From: an uncultured Arcobacter sp.
GTDB lineage: Bacteria > Campylobacterota > Campylobacteria > Campylobacterales > Arcobacteraceae
Assembly (NCBI GenBank): GCA_965140705.1
Contig: OZ223300.1
Coordinates: 1,696,001 to 1,760,000 of the forward strand
Direction: 5' to 3'
Length of the DNA: 64,000 nt
The notes below the pieces were generated by a model. The model was not told the DNA's origin. It worked only from the letters and a program-made list of their open reading frames with translations, and did not search any database. Shown piece by piece: positions 60,810-64,000 of the stretch. Each line of letters begins with the position of its first letter. The first letter of the stretch is position 1. The position numbers were made by a program, and so were the translations under genes.

Positions 60810-60860
60810 TGTAATACCTTTTAAAATTTATTAAAATCTATTATATTACCATTAAAATTA

Positions 60861-61832
60861 CTATTCCATTATATATATCTCATTTTTAAAAATATGCTTA
60901 ATAGTATTTACTGCTACAATAGCCACTACAAAGGTCGTACAGAAAATAAAAAAATATGCTAAATAAAAATAAATAATCTCTTCATTTATAGAATACATCA
61001 ATAATGTAGCTAATGTCATAGATGTTAAGGGAAAAGTAAATGCCCACCATGACAAAAAAAACTTTATTTTCAAAAAGTTTTTATACATAAAAAATAATAA
61101 CAAAGTAAAAAACAATCCTAAATTAAACAATAAAAGGGAAAAAGTATCTATACTCTTAGTCAATTCAAAGTATGACAAAAGACCTACAGAAGGAGGAGCT
61201 ATAAGAATAAATAGAGTTGGCATAAATTTTTGAGCAAATTGATCATGAAAGATAATTCTATTTAATATTATAGAAAATATAATTATCCAAAAAAAGATTC
61301 CTATAGAAAAAAAGTACATCAAAACATTGTTACTTAAAAAATCAACTCCAGCAATAGGAATAACAAGATTACCTACAATGGGAATAAACCATGAAGGATT
61401 TGATTGCTGTATATTTAAAGATGTATTTATCCAAAAGATAAAGGTATTAAATGTAAAAAATAGTTGTAATACTGTACCTATAGTAAATAAACTATGAGAT
61501 ATTTGAATATTTAAAGGTTTAAATAACATCGATACAAGAATAAAAGATATAGAAATAGCTGCAAAAAAGTTTATTTTTATAGGATGGGAAAACTCTTCTT
61601 TTACTTCTTCATGATATTTTATCATTTTAATGAAATATGTTATTAATATTACAAAAAAAATAAATATTGTAAAATAAGAGAGTAGATTATAAAATAATTT
61701 ATTTGTCTCAAAAATCTCATATGCTTTACCATAAACTAGGCTCAAACCAGCCAATCCCATTATAATTGTAAACATTGTTACAGGAAATGACTTTAACCTA
61801 TTTGGAACGAGTTTTATAGTTTCATTATTCAT
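60861..61832 (-). CDS. TDT/SLAC1 (TehA-like) anion transporter
   Basis: About 10 TM helices; HPIKINFF, PSWFIPIVG, PTLFILIAPP, SWWAFTFP. Confidence 0.9.
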   Translation of the reverse strand: MNNETIKLVPNRLKSFPVTMFTIIMGLAGLSLVYGKAYEIFETNKLFYNLLSYFTIFIFFVILITYFIKMIKYHEEVKEEFSHPIKINFFAAISISFILVSMLFKPLNIQISHSLFTIGTVLQLFFTFNTFIFWINTSLNIQQSNPSWFIPIVGNLVIPIAGVDFLSNNVLMYFFSIGIFFWIIIFSIILNRIIFHDQFAQKFMPTLFILIAPPSVGLLSYFELTKSIDTFSLLLFNLGLFFTLLLFFMYKNFLKIKFFLSWWAFTFPLTSMTLATLLMYSINEEIIYFYLAYFFIFCTTFVVAIVAVNTIKHIFKNEIYIME

Positions 61833-61863
61833 TTTTTGCTACTCTCCTTTTAAAGGAATATTT

Positions 61864-62076
61864 GTGGCAAAGAAAAAAGAGATAATAGATTTTAGAAATA
61901 AGAATATAACTTATACTCTTGAAGGTATAACTTACAAAGTTTTATTTCTAAATAAAGCTAATATGAATGTTGAACTCTCTTGTTTTGAAAAAGATAAATT
62001 TACACAAAACAAAACACTCCCTTTTGCACATCTTCCAAAATCTGTTAAATCTTTAATTAAACCAAATAATAATTAA
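61864..62076 (+). CDS. Small basic hypothetical protein
   Basis: AAGGA RBS plus GTG start; C-terminal PFAHLPK. Confidence 0.6.
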   Translation: MAKKKEIIDFRNKNITYTLEGITYKVLFLNKANMNVELSCFEKDKFTQNKTLPFAHLPKSVKSLIKPNNN

Positions 62077-62129
62077 TTATATTATATTTTTAATATAATT
62101 ACAAGTTTAATAGAAATAATTATTTAGTT

Positions 62130-62867
62130 TTAAAATAAAAAAGCAATTATTAGGAAAATTTCGGTTAGTTCTAGTATGCTACCTAGTGCATCACCATTTA
62201 AAAAACCAACATTTTTCTTTATAAATAATGCAATTAAATATGAAAAAATCAAAGCAAAGAGAGTGAAGAATAGAGCTTTGAAACCTACAAGTACAATATT
62301 TGCTAAAGTAAAAACCAAAAGTGCGATTAAAAAAATATTTGTAGAGAGTGAGTCTTTAAGTTGATTTACAAATGAAGATTTAAATTCAAAATTTTTAATC
62401 ACAAATAAAAGCATCAATCTACTTATGACTATAATTGATACGAACTCTAGAAGATAGCCATTTAAAAACAGATATACAATTCCCGCAATTTTTAAAGTAA
62501 AAAAAGCAAAAGCATACAAAACTCCCATAGCTCCAATAGTTGACTCTTTGATAACTTCATAGGCATCTTTCCCACTATGTTTTGCATATATAGCATCTAT
62601 CACATCAATTATAGCTTCGGTATGAATAAAGCCATAAAGAATCATATAAGATACAGCACATATAATAGCTCCAAACCAAGATAAATCAGCTAAAAAATGG
62701 TATAAAACAAGAGTAATAAAACCAAGTATTAATCCAAGCAAAGGAAGAGAAAAAAGCATAAAAGATAAAATCTCTTTTTTTGATAAGTCATCATCTTCTT
62801 TAAACTTCACAGGAAGTATTGTAAAGTAACTAAGAGCAAATTTAAAGCCTAAGATAAAATTATTCAT
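62130..62867 (-). CDS. cobS: Adenosylcobinamide-GDP ribazoletransferase
   Basis: YFTILP, GFIHTEAIIDVIDA, KES-IGAMG, GFLNGDALG; adjacent to cobQ. Confidence 0.9.
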   Translation of the reverse strand: MNNFILGFKFALSYFTILPVKFKEDDDLSKKEILSFMLFSLPLLGLILGFITLVLYHFLADLSWFGAIICAVSYMILYGFIHTEAIIDVIDAIYAKHSGKDAYEVIKESTIGAMGVLYAFAFFTLKIAGIVYLFLNGYLLEFVSIIVISRLMLLFVIKNFEFKSSFVNQLKDSLSTNIFLIALLVFTLANIVLVGFKALFFTLFALIFSYLIALFIKKNVGFLNGDALGSILELTEIFLIIAFLF

Positions 62868-63999
62868 TTATATTTTCCAATATTTTATTTACATCAAGTC
62901 TATTTCTCACATTTGAAATAAAACTATCAATTGTATCTTTTTTATATGATTTAAAATCAAACTCTTTATAATCACTATTTATAGCTTTAAATAGTTTTGT
63001 TCTGATATTATCATTATCAAAAATGGCATGGATAAAAGTACCTTTTATATTATCTGTTTCATATAATATTGGATATTTTGTCGAAACACCATGGTGTATT
63101 TCAAAACCATCAATTTCGCAATCAAAGACTTTATAATTAGCTTTTTTAAGAATTTTCTCTTTTTCAAAGATTATTTTATCATCTATAAAAGCAAAGCCCT
63201 CTTCTATACAAGCTTCACTATTCTCTAATGCATATTTATCTTCAAGAGAGTTAAACATCATCTCATAACCACCACAAAGTCCTAAGATAGTTTTTTTGTA
63301 CTCTTTTATCTTTTTAAATAAACCATTTGATTTAAGCCATTGTAGGTCTTTTATCACAAGCTTTGAACCTGGTAGTATTATCATATCAAACTTATCAAGG
63401 GAGATATTATTTTCTATAAACTCCAAGTTTATATTACTATCAGCAATCAAAGGCTCAAAATCGTTGTAATTACTCATATAAGGATATGAGATAACCCCTA
63501 CTTTGATAATACTATCTTTAGAATTTTGAGCATAGTTTTTCAAACTTTGAGAATCTTCAAAGCCTAGATTAAATGGCACATAAGGAAGTACTCCAAGAAC
63601 TGGTATTTTAAAATCATTTTCTATGATTCTAATCCCTTCATCAAATAAAGATAAATCCCCACGAAACTTATTGACAATCACACCTATTACATTTTTTTGT
63701 AACTCTTTTGGAAGAAGATTATAAACCCCATAAATAGAAGCAAAAACTCCACCTTTTTCGATATCTGCTACAAGTATGATTTTTGTATTATATTTTGTAG
63801 CTATGTAAATATTTGATAAGTCTTTATCCATAAGATTAAGTTCCACAGGACTTCCAGCTCCCTCACAAACAAGACAATCATACTTTTCATCAAGATAAGA
63901 AAAACATCTATCAACAGCAGGTTTTAGTAGGTCTAAATCTTTATAATAAGTAAGAACATCTTTAGAAACTAATACTTTCCCCTCAACTATTACAGAAGC
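62860..63999 (-). CDS. cobQ: Cobyric acid synthase, 5' end outside the window
   Basis: Frame stays open to the window edge (...CEGAGSPVELNL); VADIEKGGVFA, NKFRGD, SNYNDF, LPGSK, GLCGGY, GFEIHHG, GTFIH. Confidence 0.93.
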   Translation of the reverse strand, partial: ASVIVEGKVLVSKDVLTYYKDLDLLKPAVDRCFSYLDEKYDCLVCEGAGSPVELNLMDKDLSNIYIATKYNTKIILVADIEKGGVFASIYGVYNLLPKELQKNVIGVIVNKFRGDLSLFDEGIRIIENDFKIPVLGVLPYVPFNLGFEDSQSLKNYAQNSKDSIIKVGVISYPYMSNYNDFEPLIADSNINLEFIENNISLDKFDMIILPGSKLVIKDLQWLKSNGLFKKIKEYKKTILGLCGGYEMMFNSLEDKYALENSEACIEEGFAFIDDKIIFEKEKILKKANYKVFDCEIDGFEIHHGVSTKYPILYETDNIKGTFIHAIFDNDNIRTKLFKAINSDYKEFDFKSYKKDTIDSFISNVRNRLDVNKILENINE

Positions 64000-64000
64000 A

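Noticed and set aside
1174..62364. Short 60-131 aa ORFs nested in or antisense to long genes (e.g. 1174..1419, 9502..9789, 27062..27367, 41217..41612)
   Set aside because: They overlap well-supported genes, show shadow-frame composition and lack motifs or RBSs.
62860..63846. cobQ as a truncated 328-aa gene or pseudogene
   Set aside because: The frame is open to the window edge with the expected EGAGSP motif; the truncation is a window artefact.
1..64000. CRISPR array, tRNA/rRNA, IS element, integrase or prophage
   Set aside because: No regularly spaced repeats, cloverleaf or rRNA-like GC-rich segments, or transposase, integrase or phage motifs were seen.

Overview
Very AT-rich, gene-dense chromosomal window. 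The protein styles (IAHQWRQPL kinase H-box, many MCPs, single soxCDXYZAB cluster) suggest Campylobacterota, probably Arcobacteraceae; this assignment is inference. From left to right: (1) trxC/ttcA; (2) a minus-strand proline-use cluster: stand-alone ribbon-helix-helix gene, 220-aa unknown, livJHMGF-type ABC importer, putA, FMN glutamate-synthase-like gene and an MCP; (3) a DMT exporter and a USP; (4) a complete Sox thiosulfate-oxidation cluster with an accessory tail (thioredoxin, MOSC, DsrE, hydrolase, degenerate HD-GYP), divergent from moeA; (5) a signalling/adhesion block: sensor kinase, OmpR-type regulator, orphan membrane sensor, diguanylate cyclase, type I secretion system and a 1883-aa LapA/BapA-like adhesin; (6) mixed housekeeping genes (permease, rmuC, M48 protease, PLD nuclease, ybgC, Kef antiporter, Fe-ADH, CZB-MCP, AKR, TDT transporter, cobS, partial cobQ). 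I saw no rRNA, tRNA, CRISPR array, transposase or integrase. The strongest signals are regulatory. An exact TGATAC-N5-TGATAC-N10-(-10 box) promoter occurs three times in the adhesion block. A 10-bp-arm palindrome covers the -10 box of the RHH gene leading the put cluster. An 11-bp-period repeat is shared by the put and sox upstream regions. Several genes look like catalytically dead enzyme homologues. All calls come from reading motifs by eye; no database search was run.
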